Origin: Podarcis erhardii
Taxonomy: Eukaryota
NCBI GenBank assembly: GCA_964252035.1
Contig: OZ176205.1
DNA: 64,000 nucleotides
Strand: one strand, 5' to 3'
The notes beneath the pieces are model-generated. The model did not search any database. It was not told the origin of the DNA and worked only from the letters and a program-made list of their open reading frames with translations. Position 1 is the stretch's first letter; each line of letters starts with the position of its first letter. The translations under genes were made by a program, and so were the position numbers. Positions 11,165-24,576 of this stretch are shown piece by piece.

Positions 11165-11399
11165 CAGTCGTACCTCAGTTTACATATGCTTGAGGTTACA
11201 TACACTTCAGGTTACAGACTCCGCTAACCCAGAAATAGTGCTTCAGGTTAAGAACTTTGCTTCAGGATGAGAACAAAAATCGGGCTCCGGCAGCACGGCA
11301 GCAGCAGGAGGCCCCATTAGCTAAAGTGGTGCTTCAGGTTAAGAACAGTTTCAGGTTAAGAACGGACCTCCAGAACGAATTAAGTACTTAACCTGAGGT
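11165..11399 (+). mobile_element. Tc1/mariner-type MITE family A copy 3, right TIR truncated
   Basis: TA plus cagtcgtacctcag left end. Body matches copies 1 and 2. Ends at aacctgaggt without accactg-TA. Confidence 0.88.
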
Positions 11400-11419
11400 G
11401 CAAATACCATGTATAAAGG

Positions 11420-11515
11420 ATAGGGCTTTCTTGGCAGTGACAACCTAGTTATGGAATGCACTCTTCAAAGAGGATCACCTGGCACCAGCACTGCTATCAT
11501 TTTGGCAGCCAGACT
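11420..11515 (+). mobile_element. L2 LINE ORF2 C-terminal fragment
   Basis: Translates roughly as AVTT*LWNALFKEDHLAPALLSFWQPD, homologous to the antisense L2 at 51.9-52.2 kb. Confidence 0.55.
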
Positions 11516-13786
11516 TGTAAATAAACCCACAAAAGTTGCTAGTCTGTAAAACCTTTTTTAAAAAACATTACCACCGTGCTGCAGACTGGCAAAGGGGATG
11601 GAGATAGTGCTGTCCCTCCTGCAGTAACCCACCACACTTTTGTGCTAGGTACACAGGAGGGAGAGACAGAGCACTTTGTGCCTCCTCCACCAGCCTGCAC
11701 ACCTATCTGCAAGCAATTCCATGCGTATTCCTGCATCCAGTTCCTTCTTACCTCACCTCTGGCTACCAGGCTGGTGTTTAAATGCAAAGCACTCCCTAAT
11801 TAAAAATAAATACTCAGATGTTTTAATAGATTTTATTGACTTAATTGTGCAAATTGTAGTCTCTTTTAAATTTCATCTGCTGTTTAATTCATCTGCCTAG
11901 AATTTTGGTATGATGGAAGGGTGGTATTGAATCATTTGAATTTAATGAATAAAGTCCCATTTGATTACTGGGACTTCTGTAAATGTACAATTGATCAAAA
12001 TATAATTAGACAAATTAGTTTATCATTTTTAGCAATTATCTCCTTGCTGAGAGGTAGAGCAGAATTACTGGTACTTTTGCATTTGGGAACTGAGACTGAA
12101 GAGAGGGTCTATGAGTTCATAGTACAGTGAAGATTTAAAGCTAGTTTTCCTGGGTCAAGTCTGGCTGGCTTTGTGTGCCCTTTTGAAATAGCCTGTGAAA
12201 CATCCTTCATAATCACCATTTGTTTGTAGCTTTAGCAATATTGTGTTTCTGTTGTGGGTGATGCCTGTACTGCTGCTTTATCTTTTTCATTGGAAAACTG
12301 GTTTGTTCATCTGTGGAGAACACTTAAAATGGCAAGGCTACTTATTCTGCAAAATGTATATGCACAGCCACTTGATCTCACCTTCCATTCACAAGCAATT
12401 TTCCAGTTGAGTGGCTGTAGTTGAGGTTTGCAGCACCTGTGCTGGGATGACTGGTTTAAAGAATACGCCATTTCTATGGATCATGGAGGTTCTTCTTCCA
12501 TCATTAGCTTGAGGTATCAGTCTCACAAAACTGTTACATTTCGAATTCCCTAAGATTTTGGCAGTCCACAGACAGATTGCTCTGATCTGCCACATCATGG
12601 ATTGGCAAGATTAACCCCTGCTTAGACATACAGATGTATTTTACTGGGAATTAGAAGCTGTGATGGCTTTAAGTGACTCATGATGGTGTGATGATAGCAT
12701 TTGACTCTGATATCTTATTTTTTAAAAGGTTTGATATTCCAGTGTGATATGAGAAATCAGCATTCAGAATCAGTGACCTTTTATGCGTGCTTGTGAAAGG
12801 AGACCTGCAAGCAGTGGCTGTCTCTAATTTCTGTGTTTGCAAAGTGTTGAGTGTTAAGATTGTTGGAAGATGAGCTGAAGAAGCCTCTTGTTCTTTTACA
12901 CCTGAAGCATTGTTGTGGGAGAAGTGGCAACCCTGCATCCTTCCTTCAAAATAAGGGTTTCACTCGCACCCGCTGTCAAGTCCTCTTTAGAAGTTTGCAT
13001 TCCTTCAGGACTGGCCCCAACAATGGGCAGATTGAGGCAGTTGCCTCAGGTTGCAGATGCTGGAGGTAGCATGATGGCAGCAGCCTTCCCTGGCCATTTC
13101 TTCTCAGAATCCTCTCGGCTGAGTCTCCTGGCCATTCCCATCCTCCACATTTAGGGTGCTGGAAGCAGCAATGGTTGCTGTCCTGGGCTCTCTTTCAGTC
13201 TTGCCTCATCAACTTCTCCCAGTACATCACAGAAAGTGCCATTGGGAAGGCCTGTGATCGAGCTAGTAGGAAGAGAGGCGGCCAGGCCAGGCCATGCTCT
13301 CCAGAAGGTTTCTTGTGTGTAGATGCATTGCTTTGCTCCTGCTATGTATTCTGGCACTGCTGCTGCATTGCAAAATCTATTTGAGTGAGAAGCATCAGGC
13401 GTCAGATGGAGCAGTGAGCAAGCCATAGTGAAATATTGGAGGACAGAGTTGCGCGTGTTGTGTGTGAACTGTCGTACACCCCTCCCTAAGCTAACCTGCT
13501 GCTTTCAAGTATGTTGAATGATGCTGTCCCATCACCAGTATGGAGGCAAGATTCAATTGTCAGCCCAGGTAGCTGCTGTACATGGAACTGGGGTTTGTAT
13601 GTGCGTATCTTGTTGTTCACCTCCAGCAGCAAAATGTCCTGGGCTTCTATACACATTCTTCTAACTTCACCACATTTGCAAGATTAGGATGATAAGGTTG
13701 TTGGATCTGGCCACAGGGCTGGCCCAGGACATTTGACAGCCCTAGACAAAACCGAAAATGCTGCATGGCGATGCATGCACACTGCT

Positions 13787-13788
<2 letters not shown>

Positions 13789-13820
<32 letters not shown>
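13789..13820. repeat. (AC)16 microsatellite
   Basis: Direct reading. Confidence 0.95.
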
Positions 13821-13825
<5 letters not shown>

Positions 13826-16084
13826 CTGCGGTGAGCAAGGGACTAAAAAGAGGTGTGCGGCAGGCAGGCATTTGTGTGGGTGTGCAGGCAGATCCACTGT
13901 CCCAGGCAACCGCCTCACCCCAGCTCTTGAGTACCAGTTTTAGGATACTATTTCCCTTCTCCCATTTTTCACCCCACATACATCTTCTTGCCTGTAGAGT
14001 TAAGCACCCCACCACATCTGTTTAGGGGGATTGATGACCAAAGTCTGACAAAATCACTTTTGCTCTGTGACCTTTCTTGCTGGTGCAGTGCAGCTGTCGT
14101 CTTGTGCTGAACTGTGAGAAACAGTCACTTCAGTATGAGCTCACATTTGCCATTAGCATAATTTCCTTAGAGGGAAAAGCAGAAAGATCTCCTTAGACTC
14201 CATAAACCAGGGCTGGGGAACCTGAGGCCCTCCAGATGAAGTTCTGTTGCATGGACAGTGTTCTGCCCATTAACTACCAACACTTTCTAGTGAAAGTGCT
14301 GTGCACTTTTTATCTCTTGATCCTGTAACTACGATTCAGAAATAAGCGGGTCTTACTCCCATAGAAGTGTGCAGAACATTGCAGACAGGTAGTCTTCAAG
14401 CGCATGATCTTGCCTTGTGTCCTTGCATATATGTACAGAGAGCTAAACAAAAATCTACGCATCTAACTGTAGCTCCTTTCTCTCCTAGCAGGAATAGTTT
14501 TGTAGTGATGGCTGTGGAATGAAAGGTTTTGGATTTTGCTCTTAGTATAAAGTGCGTGTTTATTTGCACATTGAGATGTTTTAATTGAAATAGTAGCAAC
14601 CAAACAGTGTGCATATTTGTATGGAGGGAGAGTACATGGATTACAGAATAGGAAATGTGATTTAAATCATTTTGATCTTTTCTGGAAAGTTCCTTGCAGC
14701 TTGTCTTGAGAGGAGCCAGTAACCCTAGAATGTGAGGGCAAGGATGATGCTCAGAAGAAGCTGTGCAGGATGACTTGTGTAACATGCTTCCACAGTACCA
14801 TAAGACCCTATTGTGTTGTGTGTTCCCCTGGGAGAGCCCAGCCCTGCAAGTTTGTATCGATATAGATTCCAAGAGGTTGTGTTGTCTCAGTGAAGTGCTT
14901 CCTTTCTGCTGTTTTGTGTCAACTGTAAATCTCTAGGCTCTTTGCCAAAGTATTAGCCTGAATCTGCCCTGGCCTACTGACAGGAGGGAAAGGGTGTTAG
15001 CTAGCTAGCTGGATTGCTTTATATTCCTGTTCATATCACAGCTTGGAGCAGCAGAGAGCCAGCTTTCTCTCTGTGTGGTAGGGTTTTCCCTCTTCCAAGA
15101 GTCTCATAGCAGAGTGAACTGGGAAATGATACCTCTGTCAGTTAGATCCTTTGCTGCTGTTAGAAATAACATATTTTCTGTTTGCATTTTGTTTTCTATT
15201 TTATTTTAAATAGTCAAACTTTACACTTCTGGGGAGCAGGATAAGAAAAATTTAGTAGAATTTTCCTTCTCTGGAACACATTTTTAAACTGGTTCCTCAT
15301 TTAGCTTTTTTCTGTATCCTAGAATTGACATTTCTGTCTTGGGGCCAAGCTACACATGGCATTAATCACTTGGTTTTACACTGAGTGCAGGATTTTTCTT
15401 GTAGAAATGTCTAGTGTGGTATTCTGATGGGGACCCTGCAGTGGGCTATGGGTGGGGCAGGGTTTTAGCTTTCTCTATAATAGGATATTTTTCTCTGTGC
15501 AAATTGCACATGTGGGGCTCCAGACGTGATCTGTGACTCCAGGGTGTGGCAGAGGGTGAAGAGCCCGCTCCCAAGTCCTGCTCAGAATTAGGTCCCCCAT
15601 ACTGACTGTTTCTGCAAGAAACACCCCCCCCCCACACACACTCAAAAGGCAAATAAGTTGACTGGCCTCACATATCTGTTTAAAACTGTTGTTCTTTTTT
15701 TAAAATTGTATTTTGCATTACTGTGACCTGCCCTGTATCTTTTTGGTGAAGGGCAGGTGAAAGTAGTAGTAATAATAGTTGTTATCATTTAGATTATTAT
15801 TATTCTGGTTGTTGTTTCTATATTTATACCCCACCTTTCTACCTGATGGGACTCAAGGAGGCTTACATATAAAAATGAGAACTGCTAAAAACATAGAAAA
15901 AAACAATTAAACATTGTTAGAAGTAAAACTATATACGTATATAAAATCTATTTAAAACCATACAAATAATCCCAATAAAAGTTTAGTCCTTATTGTGCTA
16001 CTTCCGGCCTGCTATGGGATCAAAGTGGGAATTAAGCACTTTTTTCTTTTCTTTGGGTAGTGCCTGAATAACTTAGGTTCATGG

Positions 16085-16263
16085 GAACATAGGAAACCAC
16101 CTTAGTCAGACCATTTGACCATCTAAGTCTACAATGTCTGGCCATAATTCTCCAGGGTTTCAAGCACTGAGTCTCTCTCTGCTTTATGTGGAAATGCTTG
16201 GGATCAAATAGGGGATCTTCTGCATTCAAAACAGATACTCTAGCATTGAGCTTTGGCCTTTCT
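16085..16263 (-). mobile_element. tRNA-derived SINE (same family as 54833), antisense, degenerate
   Basis: Starts with the reverse complement of the family tail (aacataggaa...agtcagaccatt...ccatcta) and ends with a reversed tRNA-like head. Confidence 0.6.
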
Positions 16264-17944
16264 CCAGTACCCAATGTCTTGGCTCAATTCTTTTCACCGC
16301 TTGTCACTCTTGTGAAACTGCCTCACAGTTGGGGCTCCTTGGTTACCTGTGAGACACATGGCCTTTCGACAAAGAGAACTAGAGCTTTGTCCTCAAGCTA
16401 AGCAAGTGCTGGAATTCCATGTGCAAGCCAAGGCTGAGGATGCACCGGTTTCTTTTCCTCTGCAAGCAGGTGCCCCTCCAGCCCCAAGCCTAGCTAGGCA
16501 AAGGTCAGGATTGCTGTTCCTGCCTCTGAGCCAGTGACCTACTTTGTAGATGGGAGAGCTGTATATGCTTGTGTGTCTGTGTGTTCCGCTCCCTCCGGAG
16601 TGAGAGGAAAGCCAGACATGGAGGACCCACCCCTCATTATTAATGTCTGCAATCCAAGCTGTTGGTTTCTCACAGTTTTCTGCTTAAGATTAAGAACTCT
16701 TTTACAAGAGTCTTCACCAAGACTTCCTCGACTAGGGAACAGAAGCTGTCCTCGAATAAGCACAGAAATTTCCGCACAGACTAGGATAGCCAGGTGCCAT
16801 GGAGGAAAGGGCTCAGATAACCTTAGATAATTGTGTAGGAGGGAGCTTTGAAAAAAGCAGCATTCCTCATTTTTGAAGTACGGTGACCTTGCAAGAAGCA
16901 TCTGCTGAAATCCAGAGAGAAAGAGAAAGCAGTTTCTCAGTACAAAGAGGCAGGGACTAGTGGTTACTAGTAGGAAACAGAAAACATTGCATAATAAAGT
17001 GCTCTTGCTTTTGGGACACTGAAAATTATTCTCTGGTTACATTGAGGCCAATTGTTTTTAGCATTGTATCATCTATGGTTGTCAACTTGTTTCCCCCCCT
17101 TTAATCTGACAAGTTTCTTGCCAACCAGAAGGAGCTCAACAGGTGTCACTTTCCTGGATCTCAAAATATATGTGCAGCAAAAAGGCCCCACCCCTTTGGT
17201 GGTGGTAGTCACAGAATGTTTTGTCAGTGACAGCGGAGGGAGCCATCAACCCTATTTGCAATTTCATTGAAAGGTGATCCAGTTGTGGACTCACATTTTC
17301 CACTTTTAGGACACGTGCAAACTTTCAAATTGAATCAGACCTAGGAGCAATAAGTTCTTCCTATTTATTTCTAGAGAAACCAGCTGTATGGCAGAGCAGT
17401 GATAAGGTGGCTCTTGTGACAATCAATCACTTCCCTTCCATTTCCTTATCAAGCTGTGCAGTTTACTAATTAGCTGGTCCTTGTACGATGCTTCTAAACT
17501 GTCATTATGTTAGGTGGGATTCAACCACATACCAGTAAATTTGGATTAAAGCTGACTTGGAACTCTTGTACAACAAGCCTACTTCCCCCAAAAGATCAGA
17601 GTGTTTGTGATAAGGAAAGTAACCGTAAAGTCCACTGGAAAGTGTGAGATAACTCTTCCTTTGACACAATGTCATTTTTCCTCCCTAGAAATAAGTCAGA
17701 ATGAATGCTCATTACACAGCCAAGGTTGTCTATTCTCCTTGTAAACAGGGTGAATACTCAATAAACAGGTCATTCGAAAACACATATAGAACCACAGAGT
17801 TGAAAGAGGTCTTGTAGTCCCTCTAAGCTTAACACAGGAAATCCAGAGATGGAGCATCCTTAACAGATGTTCATCTTTGGCTTGAAGACCTCCAGTAAAG
17901 AACAGTTCACCATCCCTCCAGGTAACTGTCAAGATCCTGTAACC

Positions 17945-18320
17945 TTCAATAAGTTTCTTCTGATATCAAACCAAAATCTGCTTGTAACTTAAGGTGATTG
18001 GAAGAAATCCTGTTCTCTGGGCAGCAGAGTACAAGTCTTTGCCCTGTTTTGTGTGTCAGTTCTTCAAGAGGTTGAAGAGTACTATTATGAGTCTCCCTCC
18101 CTTCATGTCTTCTCTCCTCCAGGCTAAAGGTACCCAGTCCCTTCATAGGATTTCTTTTCCATACCACTGGCCATCTTTGTTGCTGTCCTCTGGCCCTGTT
18201 CCCATTTGTTTATACCATTCTTAAAGTGCAGCACCCAAGACTAGACACTGTGTTCCAGATGGAGTCTGACCAGTGCAGAATAAAATGGACCTCTTAATCC
18301 TGTGACTTGTAATCTGTGGT
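17945..18320 (-). mobile_element. CR1 LINE ORF2 fragment, antisense
   Basis: Minus-strand translation GLGTFSLEERR...CPENRISSNHLKLQ resembles the CR1 motif LGLFSLEKRRLRG...NGLKL. Frameshifted. Confidence 0.75.
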
Positions 18321-21300
18321 ACAAGGGCACTCCTCACTGTTACCCAGAACATGCTTCCATAAAAAAATAAAATAGGTTTTTATTAAGGCATCAAATAAAC
18401 ATTTAAATACAGGTGCTTTAATAATAATAATTGTTTGACTAAAACCTTCAGGGAGATGAGAATATCCACACTGGAGCTATAACCAGATACCTGTGTCAGT
18501 AGAGGAGCAAAGGCAGGGAGAAGCACAAAGCAGGAAAACCCACAGTGACTGTTGGAGGGAGGGTTTGTCTTAGTTCTTAATGGGTGTTGCTCCATTTGGG
18601 TTTGGGTGGGGTGGGTGCCCCTGTACCCAATCCCAACTACATGAAAATTTTAAATTTCTCACTGGATCTCTCTGGGCAACGCTCCCTTCGTTGGCTGTCA
18701 ACATTTAAAAATAGCTTTTCATTGTGAACCTGGGAGTGACCTTTCCAGACAGTGGGATGGTTCCTATATTCTCTTGTTCTGGCCACTTTTTGCTATTTTT
18801 TTTAAAAAATCCTGCTTTTCAGTCATTCTCTTTTCTCCTCCATTTGCCATTTTTCTGTGTAAGTGTAAATAAGTATAAAGCAAACTGCTACAGCTTAAAC
18901 TCAGTCACATACTGCATAGTGTCCTGTATTTACTGTATCTAGGCACAGTGATTTAACCATCCCCTGCCTCCTTAAGAACAATCCAGGGTCCCAAGTCAGC
19001 CTCCCTTCCTTTCCTTGACCTAGGAGAAACCCTGTTGCAGGCCTGCATTAGGAGCCTTGCCAGGGAGTTGCATCAAACCCTGCTAAAAGTTGCTGACACC
19101 TGCGAGGAGCCTGCATTTAGTTAACAAGGATTCAACAGACAGCGCATTGTGGAATTTTGGAATACTTTCCAAAGAGCAGTGAGCTGATGGACAATGTGGA
19201 GGAAGTAAGAGCCCAGAGGGAGAGAACTGGGGCCTTGCGGTAAAAACGTTGGATGCTGCCCAGAAACTTTAAAATCTGCCTTTTGAAATCATTGAAAACT
19301 GAAGAGCACAGTTAAGTGCTCACGCTTCACTGATTTCCACAGGACAAGTTCAGCAGGAAAAAGTCAAGCTGTAGATTTGCTTTCTCTTTCCTCCATGGGT
19401 AGTTCTGTGGCATTTTCTGCTGTCATGATGTGATGGGGGAGGTTCTGTGGCTGTTGAATCTACTGCGGTCTCTGGCTGTGGGTCTAAGGGCAGAGAGTGT
19501 CAGGCGTGTGACGGAACGGGGAGGGAGAATTGATGGGTGATGAATTCTGGGGGAGGAACGTTGGGATTAGAGCCGAAACCAGTTCTATCCCTACTTAGTG
19601 CCCCAGATGAGTCACTCTTCCTGTGCCCACACCTTTGCTGGGGATGAGTGAAACAGGGTGTTTCTTATGGGCTGTCTATTTACAAACAGTGAACGATATT
19701 TTTAGATAAAGTTAAACTTTTATTCCCTCTGGTGGATCACCCACGAGGATGAGGCGTCATTGAGCTCTCCTGACGCCTTTTGTTGGTTTGGCTTATGGTG
19801 AAGGCCTGGAGTGCTATTGAAATGGCTCCTGTTTTCTTTGAGACTATTAGTTAGTATAAATTAATGAACCCTTAACATGCTTAGCTTGATCCCAATGCAC
19901 CAAGAGGTGAAAGTGTAATTAAAGTTTAGGTACAGCTTCCCTTTTATAGTACAATGCCTCTCCCCCCCCCACCCCGCTCCTGTGAGTGAATTACCCTGAT
20001 ACAGTGTCAAGATACTTTTCGCCTCTTGCGTATTTATTAAGTCTCCTTTTCAACTCTTATGTATTTTGTGTGAATGAGGAAAAGAGAGAGTACTGCATGT
20101 GCTATTCCTAAGTGATGTTTTGAATTCCCTTAAACAAGTTGCATCAGGAAAATTATTAGTCTCTTGAAGAAGGTGTGGGTCTAACATGTGTTTAGAGCTG
20201 TGTGTGGGTAAAAGAGCTAGTGCTGGAAAAAATGAGCTGCCAGGGAAAGGATTCAGCATCCTTGTGTTGCTGCCCCTCCTCCCCCAAGCTGGTTTTCCTT
20301 TCCTAATCTTTCTTCACCAAGAGGTTTTTTTTTAAATTAAAAATAATATTGGGGTGTAATATATATCCACATGCAATATCTTTGTTGGCTCTAAAGTTCT
20401 TCTAACTTTGGTCTTGGTGACTGGGGTCATCTGATCCCCAGTAATGGAAGGAAGCCCTTGCAAAGTTAGGACTCCCGGGTCTTTGTATTCCACTGCCCAG
20501 AGCATTCAGGTGGGGGTCCTTCAGGAAGGGCAGCTCCTAGAGATGTTTATAAGTTAACAATGATGTTTTGCATTGCCCACCATCCCTTGTGTTGTCCTAG
20601 GAGAGGAAACAACTCAACATAGCCCAGTTGGAGAAATATTCCTGAAAGAATTGGGAGGGGAGGAAGACAATATGCTACTGCATCCAGTGCATCCCACCCC
20701 AGATCATTGGAGATAGATGGCTGATGGAGAAAGAAAGTGTTGCACTCTTTCACTGAGAATCTGCAGTTGAGAATCTGCACTCTATACTTCCCCTGTCCCA
20801 CCGCTGTCATTTTTCCTGTTAGTGACAGTTAATGAATGCCAGTGTGTTCTCCATAACAGGACAGATGGTAGCCTTGGTTGGGGCTTGGTTTACATTTAGA
20901 AAATGTAATGTGGGTGAAAAGGTTAACCTCCTCCTGCAGGGTCCAGATCCTCACCCCCACTCTGGCTATCTTTAAAAGATATGTAAAGACATAGGAGATT
21001 TGTGATTAGATCTCCAACATTTCATCTAGTTTAACCTTACTGTATGTTTCTTTTGGCCAAAAGTATTGTACCTATCTATAGGAGCTTACAGACTGTTACT
21101 GTTTTGGGTGGGATTGAAATGCATACTGGCAAATTTAGGTCGTGCAATTATAGTTGATTGGGAGGTCTTGCACAATAAACCTGCTTCCCCAAAAGATTGG
21201 ACTTTTTTCAAGAAGGACTGTGTGAGAAAGTTTTAAGACAATAGCAGTGTGGCTGGACTTTGGTATGTAGTGCTGCAGAATACGTTTGACTGCTTCCTCT

Positions 21301-21500
21301 TCTCTCTTATCTTGGCTAATTCACCTAATTCCTTGTTCTGGAAAAATGTTAGGTTCCTATATAAATAGTGTGAATCCATATGAGTCTTTGTTTCACAGGT
21401 CTTAGTTCCCAAGCCTATCAAATTTTTATTTTGGGTGGACGGTCTTCTCCACTTTGGACACAGATACATTGTGTGTGTATTTATGTATGGATCTGTTTAA

Positions 21501-21556
21501 TGAGCTTCAAGTGGGGAACACATTTGTGAGCTTCAAGTGGGGAACACATTTGTGAG
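21501..21556. repeat. Perfect tandem duplication, 26-bp unit x2 (tgagcttcaagtggggaacacatttg)
   Basis: Two identical units plus a 4-nt partial third. Confidence 0.95.
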
Positions 21557-21569
21557 GTTTTGAAGTCTG

Positions 21570-21686
21570 GGGATGGTATTCAACTAAATTTTATTCAGCA
21601 TGGACCCACTGAAATTAATGAACCCGACTAAGTTAGGTCCATTAATTTTAGTAAATCTTAGTTGAAATCTTAGTTGAATACCACCC
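21570..21686. mobile_element. Palindromic fold-back MITE (family P)
   Basis: Ends gggatggtattcaactaa / ttagttgaataccaccc with inner inverted arms. Second copy at 59113. Confidence 0.7.
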
Positions 21687-23039
21687 TGCATTTTCCAAAT
21701 GATGAACCAAGGCAGTTCCATGCAGTTCTATAACATTACCTCCTTGCATTTCTGAGAGGAGCCTGCTGCAAAAGAACTTGGCCTTTACCCAGATAACTCT
21801 GTTCCTGTGACTGCCTCAGCCCACATCCCACTGATTAATGGGATGGAAGAGCTGTCTCAAGTCGGCACTCATGTAGTAATCAATGCATCCCTGGCCACGT
21901 TGGTGCACTTTCATCAGGCATGAGTGATCGGTAGTGTCATTTCACTATGGCTGTGATGCAAGCCTCTTGTTTACAGTATTTAGCAATTCTTGCTACTTGC
22001 AACTTGGAAGATGCATCATAGGAAGTGCTGTTCGGCTCTTGTCCTTGCCTGGACTGGCAGAGGTGAATTACGTGCTTCAGAGCCAGCATTTCTCTTCCTT
22101 GATTCATCCATAACCAGTCATGTTTGGCATTTGATTTCACTCTTTCCGTAGCCACATGGGGCAACAAATGTTCTACTGAGAGGGTGTCTTGGATTGATAC
22201 CAGCTTAGCTGAGGCCTTTTTCTTTTTTCTTTTTTCTTTTTGGTTGGATTTGATGATCATCAAAAGAAACTGGGACTTTTGTTCCTTGAAAAGGCAAGTT
22301 GGGATGACTCAGATATTAGCAATGGTAGGAAGTCAGTGTTGGCTTTTAAAGTGCTGAGGGTTCTTCTGATGCCGTACTTATGCAAGGTCAACGTAAAGCA
22401 TTACAAGATCCATGCTACATGCCCTGATTAGTTAATGTTGTGGGCACATTCATTGCTATACAATTGCTAAAGTGAAGAAGATGTGAACCAAGTTTCAGTG
22501 CCTGGATGGACGATCATTAACAACTTCAGGTAAAGCAAGGACAGCCAACATTTTTGGACCAAGGGCTGCCCTTAGCCTTGGCCAATCCTCTGGGGGCCAC
22601 ATGCCAATGATGGGTGGGGCCACTTTCACTTGCCCATAGCTTGGGGCAGATGAGCAGGGGCAATATTATTACTCCATCTCCAATGATCAAATGATCAGTC
22701 TTAATGACCAGGGAGGAGTGATTTGCATCTGTGTCAGGATGCTGGGTTTTACCCACTTCAGTGCTGTGTCTCCTCTATTTTTTCCACCTTATTGCTGCCA
22801 CTGCCAAACTCAGTGGGGTCTTGAGAGGATCAGAAAAATGTGCTTTTGGGGAGGGGTTCAGATTAGGTTCCTGAATTATGAATTAGCCACTCCTGACATA
22901 AACCATTCATTGTTGAAGTTAAGTGGGTATGGATCAGTGAGTGCACTGAGAGCCTTGTATAAACTGCTCAGAGTTTTCTAAAGGAAGAGTGGGTTATAAG
23001 AATAATAAATAGAGGAAATGCATTCTGCTTTGTGTAGAA

Positions 23040-23181
23040 CAGGGGCCGGGTGAAAAATCTGTAGGTGTCCAGCTGTTGTTGAACTCTAACTCCCATTGCC
23101 CCCTCCAGCACTGCTAATGTTCAGGGATCCTGGAACTTGTAGTCTAGCAACATCTGGAAGGCTGTGGGTTCCCCATCTCCG
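23040..23181. mobile_element. ~130-bp palindromic hAT-type MITE (family H), degenerate
   Basis: Matches the pattern caggggtggggaacctgtggccctccagatgttg...actcccatc...gatgggagttgtagtccagcaacatctgga...gttccccacccctg seen repeatedly in the window. Confidence 0.6.
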
Positions 23182-24424
23182 ATGAAAAAGCTAATCCTGC
23201 AACTATAATTCTGAATGGTGACATAGCAATTTTTCTCACTGTATTTCACTCAAGCAGGGTTGAGAGATCTTTGATTAGCCAAAGAACGTGACCAATCCTT
23301 GCGTAAATGAAATACTCTGTTGCATTTTGCAGTGGGCAAGGGCAGTGTTTACAGCCAGGAAGAAAGCACCAGGATCTTAAACTGCTGTTTGGGATGGGTG
23401 CTGTGCAGTCAGATAAAAGCTTAGCTGACCTCTTACTCCCATGGGAGACAATGTCCTCACAGAAGGCCACTGTGCACAACTGCGTCTGTGTGGCTTGTGT
23501 AGGCTGCTCAGCATGCCTGTGGTTTGGCCAGAGAACATTGGCCTTGCAGCTGGCAGGCTGATTTCATTTGTTTTATTCTCACTGAGACAGAATCTCTTAT
23601 ATCAGGCTATGGGCTGGTGTGCAGGTATCCCAGGATACGAATTATCTAAATGTGGATTTATGGTCAGGGCCAGCCCAAGATATTTTGCCACCTCAAGTAT
23701 AGGACAAGATACATATAGAAGCTAACCGGACTTGCAGTTGAATTTTACTTCAGCAGTGTAAATTGGATAGCATCATCCATTGCGTCTGAGAACAGGGCTC
23801 TCTACCTTAGGGGACACAGAGTGGGCTAAATGGCACACCCAGTGCTGCCTATCATCTCCACCATTCCTTGTATCCCAGCCCCTGCTTTCTGAGGCAACAA
23901 CTTCCCTCTTCCCAATGTTAGGGTCAGCCCTGCTTCTGGTATTGCACAAAAAAGATTCCACATTTGTATCCCGCTCATACACAGCCCACTCACCAACACT
24001 TGCCTTGGTGTAAACACTGCTGTAGGCAGCCGATCACATAGGTTGCCCAAGTTACAAGCCCTGGTAGAATTGGTGGGATAGGAGACAGTTGATTTCTGGG
24101 GCAGATTCCTAGACCGGCCTGTACAGAAGAAGAGACTAGTGCCAGCCAGGAGCTGGTGGAATAAGCTTGCAGGAAAGCAGAAACAAAGAAGGAACTCCTT
24201 GATCGAGACTAGGGAGCAACACAAACAAGGCCAGAGTTTGGCTGTGTCCCAGGCAATGAAGGAACCAATGGCTTCCTGGGGAGGAAAGAGTTCTGGAACT
24301 TGCATTCTAATAGTTCATTGCATGCAGAGCAGGAAGATTCCTAGAACTCTCTTGATCTCTCATAATATGGAGGTAAGTACTCTGGCCCTGTGAGAATTGC
24401 TGGTAAATGCTTCGTTAGCTAGAG

Positions 24425-24560
24425 AACTGTGTGGGGAATCTACAGCCCTCAGATTTTGCTGAACCCCAGCTTCCATCAGTTGCTGCAAACATAGCCCAAT
24501 GGTCAGGAGTGATGGGAATTGTAGTCCAGCAGTGTCTGGAAAATCACATGCTCCTTTTTC
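24425..24560. mobile_element. Family H hAT-type MITE, degenerate
   Basis: gtggggaatct...gatgggaattgtagtccagcagtgtctgga. Confidence 0.55.
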
Positions 24561-24576
24561 CTCAGCTAGAGCAAAA

